Of a stretch of DNA of 64,000 nucleotides, positions 21,894 to 32,800 are shown piece by piece; the stretch's first letter is position 1, and each line of letters opens with the position of its first letter. Source of the DNA: an uncultured Gammaproteobacteria bacterium. GTDB taxonomy: Bacteria > Pseudomonadota > Gammaproteobacteria > UBA9214. A program made the position numbers and the translations under genes. The notes beneath the pieces are model-generated. The model was not told the origin of the DNA and searched no databases. It was given only the letters and a program-made list of their open reading frames with translations. Where the stretch lies: positions 128,001 through 192,000 of the forward strand of contig CAVYZN010000006.1 of the NCBI GenBank assembly GCA_963773065.1. The letters run 5' to 3'.

Positions 21894-22949
21894 GTGACAG
21901 ACCCCATCGGGAACCATCGCCCGCCCGAACATCCGCCGGTCGAGAGCGGACGCATCGGCGTCCTGCTGGTAAACCTCGGCACCCCCGACGCCCACGACAC
22001 CGCCGCCGTACGCCGCTACCTCGCCGAGTTCCTGTCCGACCGGCGCGTGATCGAACTGACACCCTGGCTGTGGCAACCGATCCTGCGCGGCATCATTCTG
22101 CGCACCCGCCCCGCGCGGGTGGCCGAGGCCTATCACAAGGTCTGGTTTAATGAGACCAACGAGTCGCCGCTGCGCTATTACACCCGCCGCCAGGCGGAAC
22201 TGCTGGGCGAGCGGTTTGGCTACCACGACGGCAGACTCCTCGTCGGCTGGGCCATGCGCTACGGCAATCCCTCCATCGCGGAGCAGATCGGCGCCTTGCA
22301 TAAACAGGGCTGCGAACGCATCCTCATCGCGCCACTTTATCCGCAGTACAGCGCTACCGCCACGGCCACGGTCAACGACCGGGTGTTTGAAACCCTCAAG
22401 ACCATGCGCTGGCAACCCGCGCTGCGCTGCCTTCCGCCCTACTACAACCATCCGGCCTACATAGAGGCCGTGGCGCAGACGGTCGAACAACATCTGGCCG
22501 CGGACGAGCATCGCCCCGAGGTCATCCTGGCCTCATTTCACGGCCTGCCGCAGGAATATTTCGACAAGGGCGATCCCTATTACTGCCACTGCGCCAAGAC
22601 CACCCGCCTGCTGCGCGAGCGGCTCGGCCTTGACGAGCAGCAATTGCGCATGACCTTCCAGTCGCGCTTTGGCCCGAAGAAATGGCTGCAACCCTACACC
22701 GCCAAGACCCTCAAGGCGCTGGCCCGCGAGGGCGTCAGGCATCTCGCCGTGGTCATGCCGGGCTTTGCCGCCGACTGCCTGGAAACCCTCGAGGAGATGG
22801 GCATGCAGAACCGCGACCTGTTCCTGGGGCACGGCGGCAACCGTTACGATGTCATTCCCTGCCTCAATGATTCAGAGATCGGGATGCACATGCTGCACAC
22901 CCTAGTGGCGCAGGAACTGTCCGGCTGGATATCCACAGCGCCAAACTGA
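21894..22949 (+). CDS. hemH: Ferrochelatase
   Basis: GVLLVNLGTP, PLYPQYS, SFHGLP, FQSRFG, GFAADCLETLEE; AGGAGG before GTG. Confidence 0.95.
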   Translation: MTDPIGNHRPPEHPPVESGRIGVLLVNLGTPDAHDTAAVRRYLAEFLSDRRVIELTPWLWQPILRGIILRTRPARVAEAYHKVWFNETNESPLRYYTRRQAELLGERFGYHDGRLLVGWAMRYGNPSIAEQIGALHKQGCERILIAPLYPQYSATATATVNDRVFETLKTMRWQPALRCLPPYYNHPAYIEAVAQTVEQHLAADEHRPEVILASFHGLPQEYFDKGDPYYCHCAKTTRLLRERLGLDEQQLRMTFQSRFGPKKWLQPYTAKTLKALAREGVRHLAVVMPGFAADCLETLEEMGMQNRDLFLGHGGNRYDVIPCLNDSEIGMHMLHTLVAQELSGWISTAPN

Positions 22950-23307
22950 TACGGCGCCAGGCAATCCAGGAATTATGCCTGGCTGATACCGCACCCAGCC
23001 TGTTCAACCAGCTTACGCAAATGTACACTGGAAAACAACCGCGAGCCTGATTGCACCGGATAAAAACGACGCCTTGTACGCGCGCTGCGGTGGTCAATGC
23101 TTCCCGGAGCATGTTCGCCCCCGACAGCTCAACGCCAATACCGTAATTGACAATCGACAGGCGGAACGACGGTAGGTCTGATTCGTGAAATTCATTCAAA
23201 ACACAGGCCGCGGTGTAATGTTCTAAGGTTGTGCAGGTGCATGGAAGACAGCGCCGATGATAACCGGCAGCAGGACGGTTACCGGCTTCACGGGGGAAAT
23301 GAAACTG

Positions 23308-24330
23308 ATGATAAACAAACAACCGTTAACGATGCCAGCCGTTGTGCTGCAGGCGCCCGGGGGACCCGAGGTACTGCGCCACCAGGAGTTTCCCTTACCC
23401 GCGCTCACCCGAGACACGGACGTGCTGGTCCGGCTCAAGGCCGCCGGACTCAACCCGGTGGATGCCAAGCTGCGGCAAAACCCCGCCAGCTACTCGATGT
23501 CACTGCCGGTCGTGCTCGGCTTTGACGGCGCCGGCGTGGTCGAAACCGTCGGCAAGGCCGTGACCCGTTTCACCCCTGGCGATGAAGTCTATTTCTGCCA
23601 TCCGAGTTTCGGCGGTCGCTCCGGTTGCTATGCCGCCTACACCGTCGTTCCCGAAATACTGCTGGCGCGAAAACCGGCCGGCCTGAACTTTACCGAGGCT
23701 GCGGCCATTCCCCTGGCGCTGATTACGGCGTGGGAATCCCTGTTTGCGAGGGCCAGTGTGCAGGCCCGCCAGAGGGTACTGGTACATGGCGGTGCCGGCG
23801 GGGTGGGTCACCTCGCCATCCAGCTCGCAAAACGCGCCGGGGCAAGCGTCTGCACCACCGTCAGCTCGGAAACCAAGGCATCGATCGTGGAAACACTCGG
23901 CGCGGACGAACACATCTTCTATCGTGACGAGGATTTCGCGCACGCCGTACTGCGCTGGAGCGATGGGCAAGGCGTCGATGTCGCCCTGGATACCGTCGGT
24001 GGACAAACTTTTGAGCATACCTTTGCCGCCGTGCGCTACGGCGGCCAGTTGGTCACCCTGCTGCAACCCGCGGCCACGACCAACTGGGGCATCGCCCGCC
24101 AGCGCAATCTGGGCATCGGCCTGGAACTGATGCTGTCACCGACATTCCTGGATATTTCACAGGCGCAACGTGCGCAGTCACGCATCCTTGAGGAGTGCGC
24201 GCCGCTTTTTGACAGCGGCGAACTCAAGGTCTGCGTGACGCAGACCTATCCCTTGATGGATGCGGCCGCGGCGCATCGTGAACTGGAGAGTGGCACTCAG
24301 ATTGGGAAACTGGTCCTGGTGATGGACTAA
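23308..24330 (+). CDS. MDR-family NADPH:quinone reductase-like oxidoreductase
   Basis: AAGLNPVDAKLR, VLGFDGAGVV, VHGGAGGVGH, AAAHRELE...GKLVL. Confidence 0.9.
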   Translation: MINKQPLTMPAVVLQAPGGPEVLRHQEFPLPALTRDTDVLVRLKAAGLNPVDAKLRQNPASYSMSLPVVLGFDGAGVVETVGKAVTRFTPGDEVYFCHPSFGGRSGCYAAYTVVPEILLARKPAGLNFTEAAAIPLALITAWESLFARASVQARQRVLVHGGAGGVGHLAIQLAKRAGASVCTTVSSETKASIVETLGADEHIFYRDEDFAHAVLRWSDGQGVDVALDTVGGQTFEHTFAAVRYGGQLVTLLQPAATTNWGIARQRNLGIGLELMLSPTFLDISQAQRAQSRILEECAPLFDSGELKVCVTQTYPLMDAAAAHRELESGTQIGKLVLVMD

Positions 24331-24340
24331 TTGGATGCAC

Positions 24341-24389
24341 ACGACTGCAGGGATGCAGGAGATAGGGCAATGCAGGGAGCGATTGCCGA
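24341..24389 (+). repeat. ~50-bp repeat element (GACTGCA.GGATGCAGGAG...TTGCCGA family)
   Basis: Similar to the reverse complement of 21095-21142 and to the internally deleted copy at 35089-35121. Confidence 0.65.
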
Positions 24390-24556
24390 AATCCTATGAG
24401 ACGATGAATTATCAGCAACACCGCCTGGCAGAATTGCTCCCCACTGCTGAAGTATGAGGATGGCTGTTCCGACGTCCCTTAAATATTCCAGATTAGTGCC
24501 AATATATTATTGAGACAGGCACACAGTGTCGTTGATTTTGAACTATCAAGAAAGGT

Positions 24557-24790
24557 ATGGAAATGACTGTATATGATTATGGCCTGAGAAGTTGTGCCAC
24601 GTGTGCCTATTGGGGCGGGCCAAGAAAAGCCGTCAACATGAGGACTGGCGTAAATATCAACAAGTACGAGACAGGGCCGTGTGGCCACCAGAACAGACGC
24701 GGAGTAGTGTGTAGTGAAAATGCCGTTTGTCAGAATTTCTTAAGATGGTCTGCGATTAATGATCACTCGCTGCAAATAATCACGGGATAG
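24557..24790 (+). CDS. Small Cys-rich hypothetical protein
   Basis: 77 aa with CATCAYW...GPC...C...C..F..W; AAGG upstream. Confidence 0.55.
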   Translation: MEMTVYDYGLRSCATCAYWGGPRKAVNMRTGVNINKYETGPCGHQNRRGVVCSENAVCQNFLRWSAINDHSLQIITG

Positions 24791-25101
24791 ATTCAGTCCT
24801 CCCGGCAGCTCCATTTCCATAATGCAACGTCACTACAGGCGACTGCAGGTATTGGCAAAAGGCCGTAGCGTACCTGTCAATTGAAACAATAATCCCAAAT
24901 CAGGCATGTCAAGCCCTTTGAAGCACAGTGGCAAGTTATTAACATTCCTGTGAGGGGGCTGAAAAATGGCGCAGAATCCGCGTCATCCCCGCTGCCTGCG
25001 TTGTTTCTTATTGTATTAAAACATTATTTCATTTACCTAGGATGGCCACATTGGTCATCCGACGGGAATCGTGACGTAGCTGGTTCCGGGTTTCGAATAA
25101 T

Positions 25102-25122
25102 CTATCCACATAGTTATCCACA
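25102..25122 (+). promoter_or_regulatory. Tandem DnaA boxes
   Basis: CTATCCACA (25102-25110, one mismatch) and perfect TTATCCACA (25114-25122) in an AT-rich intergenic region. Confidence 0.5.
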
Positions 25123-25273
25123 GGTTTTTCATAGATAACTCTTTGCCATTAAAAGGAATTGCAAAGCATTCTCACTATCTCTCGACCGGCTGTACGGCAG
25201 CTGTGATATGCTTTTTACAAACCGGAACAACAACAAATGCCTAGGTAATGCCTGGCATGAACCGGAGATCACC

Positions 25274-25630
25274 ATGCAAAACACCTTGTCCCCGCCACCG
25301 CAAGATTTTGATGAATGGTCGACTCTCGCCCGTTCAGACCCGCAAGCCTTCGAGAATTTCCGCGAGCGGATCATCAATGAGGCTATATTGCGCGCACCAG
25401 CACACAAGCAACTGCGCCTGCGCCGCCTGCAATGGAAGTTGAACCAGATCCGTAAAACCTCACGCACCCCCATGATCGCCTGCCTGCGTATGAACCGGAT
25501 GCTATGGGAGGCTGTCGTCGGCGATAAAGGTCTCCTCAATTGCCTTTTCCTGCCAGACAGCTCACGGCTACGGTCTGCAGCCGCGGACAAACCTTCCGCT
25601 GTGATCCTCCCTTTCAGGCAGCCCCGATAG
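25274..25630 (+). CDS. DUF3135 family protein
   Basis: DFDEWSTLARSDPQAFENFR...RLRRLQWKL...TPMIACLRM. Confidence 0.8.
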   Translation: MQNTLSPPPQDFDEWSTLARSDPQAFENFRERIINEAILRAPAHKQLRLRRLQWKLNQIRKTSRTPMIACLRMNRMLWEAVVGDKGLLNCLFLPDSSRLRSAAADKPSAVILPFRQPR

Positions 25631-25731
25631 GGTCGGGGCAGTCCAGTCCTTCACAAAACAGGTGCTACGCTTTATGCTTCGTGCCTTGTTTTACCCTTGA
25701 TAAATCGACCAATCTTCCGGTACCCGTACAC

Positions 25732-26367
25732 ATGATCACGGAACTGATTGCGGACTTGGCGGTTCGAATTCTGGAGGCCACCGGTTATCTCGGAGCCGGA
25801 TTGCTGATGGCCCTGGAAAGCATGATCGCTCCGGTGCCGAGCGAGGCCGTCATGCCCTTCGTAGGGTTCCTCGTTGCCGATGGCAAATGGAGCTTCTGGC
25901 CGTCGGTCGCCGTCGCCAGCCTGGGTTCGCTCGCCGGCTCGGCGATCTCCTACGCGATGGGCTATTACGGCGGGCGTCCGTTCGTGCTCCGGGTCGGAAA
26001 ATATCTCCTGCTCAATCCGCATGACCTCGAATGGACCGAGCGCTTCTTCCATGAACGCCGCGGCACCTGGACGCTCTTCTTCTGTCGCTTCATCCCGGTC
26101 GTGCGGCATGTCATCTCCATCCCGGCGGGTACGGGGCGGATGCCGTGGGCGCCGTTCCTGCTGGCCACGGGGGCGGGCGCCACGCTCTGGAATACGTTCC
26201 TGCTCCTGTGCGGCATGAAACTGCGCGAGCACTGGCACGTGGTACAACAGTACTCCCATCAGGTGGATGTCGTCGTGCTGGTGCTGCTGGCCGCGGGCGC
26301 GGCCTGGTTCTATTACTCGCGGCGACACCGCCCGGCGGCGGATGCCCTGCCCAGACGTCGGGGATGA
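25732..26367 (+). CDS. DedA family membrane protein
   Basis: LMALESMIAPVPSEAVMPFVG...RFIPVVRHVISIPAG. Confidence 0.92.
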   Translation: MITELIADLAVRILEATGYLGAGLLMALESMIAPVPSEAVMPFVGFLVADGKWSFWPSVAVASLGSLAGSAISYAMGYYGGRPFVLRVGKYLLLNPHDLEWTERFFHERRGTWTLFFCRFIPVVRHVISIPAGTGRMPWAPFLLATGAGATLWNTFLLLCGMKLREHWHVVQQYSHQVDVVVLVLLAAGAAWFYYSRRHRPAADALPRRRG

Positions 26368-26476
26368 ACGAGGCGCGTCCGGCTCTTTCATGAATCGAAC
26401 CGCTGGGACGCCGGGGTTTCCTGTCTTCAATTCACGTCAGGTTTTCCTGACGTCATGGCGGTGAATGATCCGGGTC

Positions 26477-26947
26477 TCAGCGACCCGCGCCGGACAGGGC
26501 GGCGATCTTGTGGGTCAGCAGCATGCTGGCCAGCACCGCGAGGGAAAACAGATAGATGCCGAAATGGACCGTTATATTGGCGATGGCCCCCAGTTTCACG
26601 GTGACCACGAGTATCGCCACCACGAAGACATCGAGCATCGACCACTTGCCGAGGAAGGACAGGACATGCAACTGCCGGTGCCGCCATGTGTCATCGCCAT
26701 CCCGGCCCCGCAGCAGACGGTACAAGAGGTACATCTTGTAGACCGGCATCAGGATGCTGAATGAAAACACGATGATGAACAGCAGCGGTTCGCCTTCCGT
26801 TAGCAGATAAAGGATACCGGACGCCAGTGAAAACGTGTCATTGAATATGTAGAACTGGCTGAAGGTGAACATGGGCAGGACCGCGCCGACGACCAGCATG
26901 GCCGAGACGATAGCCCAGGCGAATTTGAGTCTGGTCAAGGAAGACAT
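26477..26947 (-). CDS. Single-domain paraquat-inducible protein A family membrane protein
   Basis: FSILMPVYK...GKWSMLDVFVVAILV. Confidence 0.85.
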   Translation of the reverse strand: MSSLTRLKFAWAIVSAMLVVGAVLPMFTFSQFYIFNDTFSLASGILYLLTEGEPLLFIIVFSFSILMPVYKMYLLYRLLRGRDGDDTWRHRQLHVLSFLGKWSMLDVFVVAILVVTVKLGAIANITVHFGIYLFSLAVLASMLLTHKIAALSGAGR

Positions 26948-26981
26948 TCCCGGTGATTACCGAAAACTACGCTGACGTGCC

Positions 26982-27085
26982 TCATGCCGGGTAACTCCTT
27001 CCGTGACACGCCGTGAATACTTCCTTGTAGGCTCAACGGCCGCATCCCTGCGGCCGACGGTCACTGAAGGAGTTACCCGGCATGA
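26982..27085. repeat. ~104-bp palindromic MITE/REP-like element
   Basis: Perfect 20-bp terminal IR tcatgccgggtaactccttc / gaaggagttacccggcatga. A close inverted copy lies at 54258-54368. Confidence 0.8.
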
Positions 27086-27169
27086 AGTGGCTCTCGGGGT
27101 CGTGGCAAAATCCTGGTAGCAACGACAGGGCCGAATCGAGAGACACCAGGGTGACCGGTACTGTAGCGC

Positions 27170-28234
27170 TTACTGATGGTACGGCCGGCTGAGTTCATGC
27201 ACCGCATCGACCATTACGCCGGCGTGTTCCGGGTTCACATCCGGGTTGATGCCGTGGCCGAGATTGAAGACATGCCCGGAGCCCTTGCCGAACATGGCAA
27301 GCACCTCGGCGACCCGCTCGCGGATGACAGCCGGCGCGGCGTACAGCACGGCCGGGTCCAGATTGCCCTGCAAGGCAACCCGGTCGCCCACGCGCTTGCG
27401 CGCCAGCGCCAGGTCGGTCGACCAGTCGATGCCGAGGGCATCCGCGCCGGTATCGGCCATCGCCTCCAGCCACTGGCAACCGCCCTTGGTAAATAGGATG
27501 ACCGGGACCTTGTTTCCTTCGTATTCCCGTGTCAGGCCGGCGACGATGCGCCGCATGTACTGCAGCGAGAAGCCGGCATAGTCGCCGGGCGTCAGCACGC
27601 CGCCCCAGGTATCGAAGATCATGACGGCCTGCGCGCCGGCGGCGATCTGGGCATTGAGGTAGCCGGTCACCGAAGTTGTCACCTTTTCCAGCATGCGGTG
27701 CAGCAGCGCCGGTTCGTTGTAGAGCATGCCCTTGACGCGTGAGAAGCTCTTCGTCGAACCGCCTTCGACCATGTAGGTGGCCAGTGTCCAGGGGCTGCCG
27801 GAGAAGCCGATCAGCGGGACCCGGCCGTCGAGTTGCTTGCGGATCAGGCGAACGGCGTCTGTGACGTAACGCAGTTCCGTTTCCGGGTCGGGATTTCCCA
27901 GCGCCTGGACGTCGGCCGCGGTGCGTACCGGCTTGCGAAAGCGCGGGCCTTCCCCCTCCTCAAAATACAGACCCAGGCCCATGGCGTCCGGGATGGTGAG
28001 GATGTCGGAAAACAGGATGGCGGCATCGAGCGGATAGCGCTCGATCGGTTGCAGCGTGACTTCGCAGGCGAGCTCCGGGTTGGTGCACAGGTCCATGAAA
28101 CTGCCGGCGCGTTTGCGCGTTTCACGGTATTCCGGCAGATAGCGGCCCGCCTGGCGCATCATCCACACGGGGGTGACATCGACGGGCTGGCGCAGCAGGG
28201 CGCGGATCAGACGGTCGTTTTTCAATTTGGGCAT
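27170..28234 (-). CDS. hemE: Uroporphyrinogen decarboxylase
   Basis: [31 protein letters not shown]. Confidence 0.97.
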   Translation of the reverse strand: MPKLKNDRLIRALLRQPVDVTPVWMMRQAGRYLPEYRETRKRAGSFMDLCTNPELACEVTLQPIERYPLDAAILFSDILTIPDAMGLGLYFEEGEGPRFRKPVRTAADVQALGNPDPETELRYVTDAVRLIRKQLDGRVPLIGFSGSPWTLATYMVEGGSTKSFSRVKGMLYNEPALLHRMLEKVTTSVTGYLNAQIAAGAQAVMIFDTWGGVLTPGDYAGFSLQYMRRIVAGLTREYEGNKVPVILFTKGGCQWLEAMADTGADALGIDWSTDLALARKRVGDRVALQGNLDPAVLYAAPAVIRERVAEVLAMFGKGSGHVFNLGHGINPDVNPEHAGVMVDAVHELSRPYHQ

Positions 28235-28444
28235 ATTTTTCTACCGCAAAGGCGCAAAGAGCGCAGTAGTTATTATTACTGGCATCATCCCTTCGGGCCT
28301 TAGCTGTTTCCAGGTCCGGAGAATATACCCCGGTTGGCGCTGTCGGGCATTGCGTTAACACCGGAAAAAACAAGCCGCCTAGCACATGAGCCCGCATTGT
28401 CATGTCGGTGCGCATGGCGCACCCTGCGTATTGGTTTCCCAACG

Positions 28445-29893
28445 CTACCGCGGCAAATCGGACGCCCCCATTAAAAACTCATCGATGGCCCGCGCGCATT
28501 GCCGCCCTTCGCGGATGGCCCAGACCACCAGTGATTGGCCGCGGCGCATGTCGCCCGCGGCGAACACCCCGGGCCGGGATGTCTGGTAGCGGTCGGTGTC
28601 GGCCTGTACATTGCCGCGCGCATCCAGCGACACACCCAGTTCCTGCAGCATGCCTTCGCGTACGGGGTGGACAAAGCCCATGGCGAGCAGCACCAGGTCG
28701 GCCTTGAGCCGGAACTCGCTGCCGGGGTTCTCTTCCATGTTCCAGCGGCCGCTATTATCCCGGTTCCAGTTCAGCCGCACACAGTTGATGGCGGTGACCG
28801 TGCCGTTCCTGCCCTCGATGGATTTGGTGGCCACGGCCCAGTCACGCCGGGCGCCTTCTTCCTGGGAACTCGAAGTGCGCAGCTTGTTGGGCCAGTCGGG
28901 CCATGTCAGCCCCTTGTCCTCCTTATCCGGCGGGCGGGGGAGGATCTCCAACTGGGTCACGGAAAGCGCGCCCTGGCGGAACGAGGTGCCGATGCAGTCG
29001 GAGCCGGTGTCGCCGCCGCCGATCACGATGACATGCTTGTCCTTGGCGGTTATTGACTGCGCGGGGTCGATCTCGTCCCCGGCATTGCGCCGGTTCTGCT
29101 GCGGCAGGAAGGTCATGGCGAAGTGGACGCCGTCCAGGTCCCTGCCGGGTACTTCCAGATCGCGCGGCTGCTCGGCCCCGCCGGTTAGCGCCATCGCATC
29201 GAATGCATCCAGTAGTTTCCGGGTCGGCGTGGTGACGCCGATGTGTATGTTGGTGTGGAAGGTCACGCCCTCGGCGCGCATCTGCGCGATGCGCCGGTCG
29301 ATGCCGTGCTTTTCCATCTTGAAGTCGGGAATGCCGTAGCGCAGCAGCCCGCCGATGCGGTCATGCTTCTCGAAGACCTCGACCTCATGCCCGACGCGCG
29401 CCAGTTGCTGGGCGCAGGCAAGCCCCGCGGGTCCGGACCCGACGACGGCGACGCGCCTGCCGGTCCTGTGTCTGGCGATCTGCGGGGTGACCCAGTTATT
29501 CTCCCAGGCCTTGTCGATGATGGCGCATTCAATGGTCTTGATCGTTACCGGGTTGTCGTCGATGTTCAGGGTGCAGGCGGCCTCGCACGGCGCGGGGCAG
29601 ATGCGGCCGGTGAATTCCGGGAAGTTGTTGGTTGAATGCAGCACCGCGAGGGCTTCCCGCCACTCACCCCTGTAGACCAGATCATTCCAGTCCGGAATGA
29701 GGTTGTTGACCGGACAGCCCTGGTGACAGAAGGGTATGCCACAGTCCATGCAGCGGGCGCCTTGGCGACCTGCCTCCTTTTCATCCAGCGGGATGAGGAA
29801 TTCCCGGTAATGGTTCACCCGGTCGGCGGGCGGTGCATACGAGCGGTCAACCCGTTCGAATTCCATGAATCCGGTGGGTTTGCCCATGTTCAA
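28445..29893 (-). CDS. gltD: Glutamate synthase small subunit
   Basis: [35 protein letters not shown]. Confidence 0.96.
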   Translation of the reverse strand: MNMGKPTGFMEFERVDRSYAPPADRVNHYREFLIPLDEKEAGRQGARCMDCGIPFCHQGCPVNNLIPDWNDLVYRGEWREALAVLHSTNNFPEFTGRICPAPCEAACTLNIDDNPVTIKTIECAIIDKAWENNWVTPQIARHRTGRRVAVVGSGPAGLACAQQLARVGHEVEVFEKHDRIGGLLRYGIPDFKMEKHGIDRRIAQMRAEGVTFHTNIHIGVTTPTRKLLDAFDAMALTGGAEQPRDLEVPGRDLDGVHFAMTFLPQQNRRNAGDEIDPAQSITAKDKHVIVIGGGDTGSDCIGTSFRQGALSVTQLEILPRPPDKEDKGLTWPDWPNKLRTSSSQEEGARRDWAVATKSIEGRNGTVTAINCVRLNWNRDNSGRWNMEENPGSEFRLKADLVLLAMGFVHPVREGMLQELGVSLDARGNVQADTDRYQTSRPGVFAAGDMRRGQSLVVWAIREGRQCARAIDEFLMGASDLPR

Positions 29894-32800
29894 TGTCCTC
29901 CACCGGCAGCCTGTGTCGCCGGCACCTTCGCGGCCTCCATTTCCTGCAGTGCGCGCCGGTAATCCACCGGCATCACCTTGACGAATTTCGGCAGATAGTC
30001 GTTCCAGTTGTCCAGGATATGGCGGCCGCGTGAGCTGCCGGTGTAATGCACATGCCGCTCGATCAATTGCCGCAGTCGCCTGCCGTCATGGCGGGTCATG
30101 CCATGGCGGATGTCGACCAGCCCATGCGTTTCCATATCGCCACCCTGGTGATCGAGCTGTTCCAGGGCATCGGCCTCGGCGGCGATGGGTTCAAGTTCAA
30201 CCATGGCGAGGTTGCAGCGCTGCTCGAAGTCGCCGCGTTCATCCAGCACGTAGGCGATGCCGCCGCTCATGCCGGCGGCGAAGTTGCGCCCGGAATCACC
30301 GAGCACGACGACGATGCCCCTGGTCATGTATTCACAGCCGTGGTCACCGACCCCTTCGACCACCGCCGTGGCGCCCGAGTTGCGCACCGCGAACCGTTCA
30401 CCGGCCACGCCGCGGAAATAGCACTCCCCGCTGATGGCGCCGTACAGGACGGTATTGCCGACTATGATGTTTTCCTCGGCGAGGATCGGAGCCTCCGCGG
30501 GCGGATAAACCACCAGCCGGCCGCCGCTCAGCCCCTTGCCGACGTAGTCGTTGCCCTCGCCGATGAGCTCGATGCTGACGCCGTGCGCGACGAAGGCGCC
30601 GAAGCTCTGGCCGGCCGTCCCGCGCAGGGTGATGCTGATGGTGTCCTCGGGCAGCCCCGCATGGCCGTAGCGGCGCGCGACTTCACCGGAGAGCATGGTG
30701 CCGACGGTCCGGTTGGTATTGCACACCGGCAGCTCGATGCGCACCGGCGTCCCGTTTTCCAGCGCCGGCCGCGCCAGCCGGATCAGTTCATTATCGAGCG
30801 CCTTGTCCAGGCCGTGGTCCTGGGTTTCGCAGTGATGAATGGCGGCGCCGGGCGCGGCGGCGGGTTTGTACAGGATGCGCGAGTAGTCGAGTCCCCGTGC
30901 CTTCCAGTGATTGATGGCATGGCGCATGCTGAGGTGCTGGGACTGGCCGATCATGTCGTCGAACTTCCGGTAGCCGAGTTTCGCCATCAGCTCGCGTATC
31001 TCCTCCGCGACGAAGAAGAAGTAATTCACCACGTGCTCCGGTTTTCCGGTAAAGCGCTGGCGCAGCACCGGGTCCTGGGTGGCGACGCCGACCGGGCAGG
31101 TGTTGAGATGGCATTTGCGCATCATGATGCAACCTTCCACGATCAGCGGCGCGGTCGCGAAACCGAACTCATCCGCGCCGAGCAGGGCGCCCACGACCAC
31201 ATCGCGCCCGGTGCGCATGCCGCCGTCGACCTGCACGGCGATGCGCCCGCGCAGGCCGTTCATCACCAGCGTCTGGTGGGTTTCGGCGAGCCCGATCTCC
31301 CAGGGCGAACCGGCATGCTTGATCGAGGTGAGCGGGCTCGCGCCAGTGCCCCCATCATACCCGGCGATGGTGACGTGGTCGGCGTACGCCTTGGCGACAC
31401 CCGCGGCGACCGTGCCGACGCCTACCTCGGAGACCAGCTTGACGCTGATGTCGGCCTTCGGGTTGGCGTTTTTCAGGTCATGAATCAGTTGTTTCAGGTC
31501 CTCGATGGAATAGATGTCGTGATGCGGCGGCGGCGAGATGAGACCGACCCCCGGCGTCGAATGGCGCACCTGCGCGATGATCGCATCCACCTTGTGGCCG
31601 GGCAGTTGGCCGCCTTCACCGGGTTTTGCGCCCTGCGCGATCTTGATCTGGATGACGTCGGAGTTGACCAGGTACTCGGTGGTCACGCCAAAGCGTCCGG
31701 CGGCCACCTGCTTGATGGCGGAGCGCTTGGAATCGCCGTTCTCCATGGGCTTGAAACGTTCCGGCTGCTCGCCGCCCTCGCCGGTGTTGGACTTGCCGCC
31801 GATGCGGTTCATGGCAATGGCAAGGGTCGTGTGCGCCTCGTAAGAGATGGAGCCGAAGGACATCGCGCCGGTCGCGAAACGCTTGACGATTTCCTTCGCG
31901 GGTTCCACTTCCTCGAGCGGCACCGGCTGGTCCGCGAAATTGAATTCAAACAGGCCGCGCAGGGTCAGCAGGCGTTCGTTCTGCTCATTGACGAGCCGAG
32001 CGAACTCGCGATAGGTCCTGGCGTCATTGGCGCGGGTCGCATGCTGCAGCTTGGCGATGGTGTCCGGCGTCCACATGTGGTCCTCGCCGCGCAGGCGGAA
32101 GGCGTAATCGCCGCCCACATCGAGCTTGTCGTGATAGATCGGCGCATCGCCGTAGGCATCCCGGTGCCAGCGCACCGTTTCCTCGGCAATCTCCCTGAGG
32201 CCCGCGCCCTCGATGACCGTCGCCGTCCCGGTGAAATACTTGTCCACGAACTCGCTTGCCAGTCCGACGGCATCGAAGATCTGCGCGCCGCAATAGGACT
32301 GGTAGGTGGAAATGCCCATTTTGGACATGACCTTAAGCAGCCCCTTGCCGACGGATTTGATGTAGCGCTTCTGCAGTTCCTCATCGCCGAGTTTCTCCGG
32401 CAACCGTTCACGCAGCGAGGCCAGCGTTTCAAACGCGAGGTAGGGGTTGATGGCCTCGGCGCCGTAGCCGGCCAGCGTCGCGAAGTGATGCACCTCGCGC
32501 GCCGCGCCGGTTTCGACGACCAGTCCCGAGGCCGTTCGCAGGCCGGTGCGCACCAGGTAATGATGCACCGCGGCCGTGGCCAGCAGGGCCGGTATGGCGA
32601 TGTGGTTCCTGTCGGCGGTGCGATCGGAGAGTATGAGGATGTTGTAGCCGTCGCGCACGGCCTGCTCGGCCTGCTGGCACAGGCCGTCAACGGCGCCTTC
32701 CATGCCGTCGGCGCCCTGTTCGGCCGGGTAACAGATATCGAGGGTGCGGGTGCGGAAGGCGCCCGCCGTATGGGTCTCGATGTGGCGGATGCGTTCGATG

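Noticed and set aside
22864-23322. Possible DsrE-like remnant (SIVNYGIG...GVVFIRCN)
   Set aside because: Similarity is weak, the ORF overlaps both neighbours, and it has no clear start.
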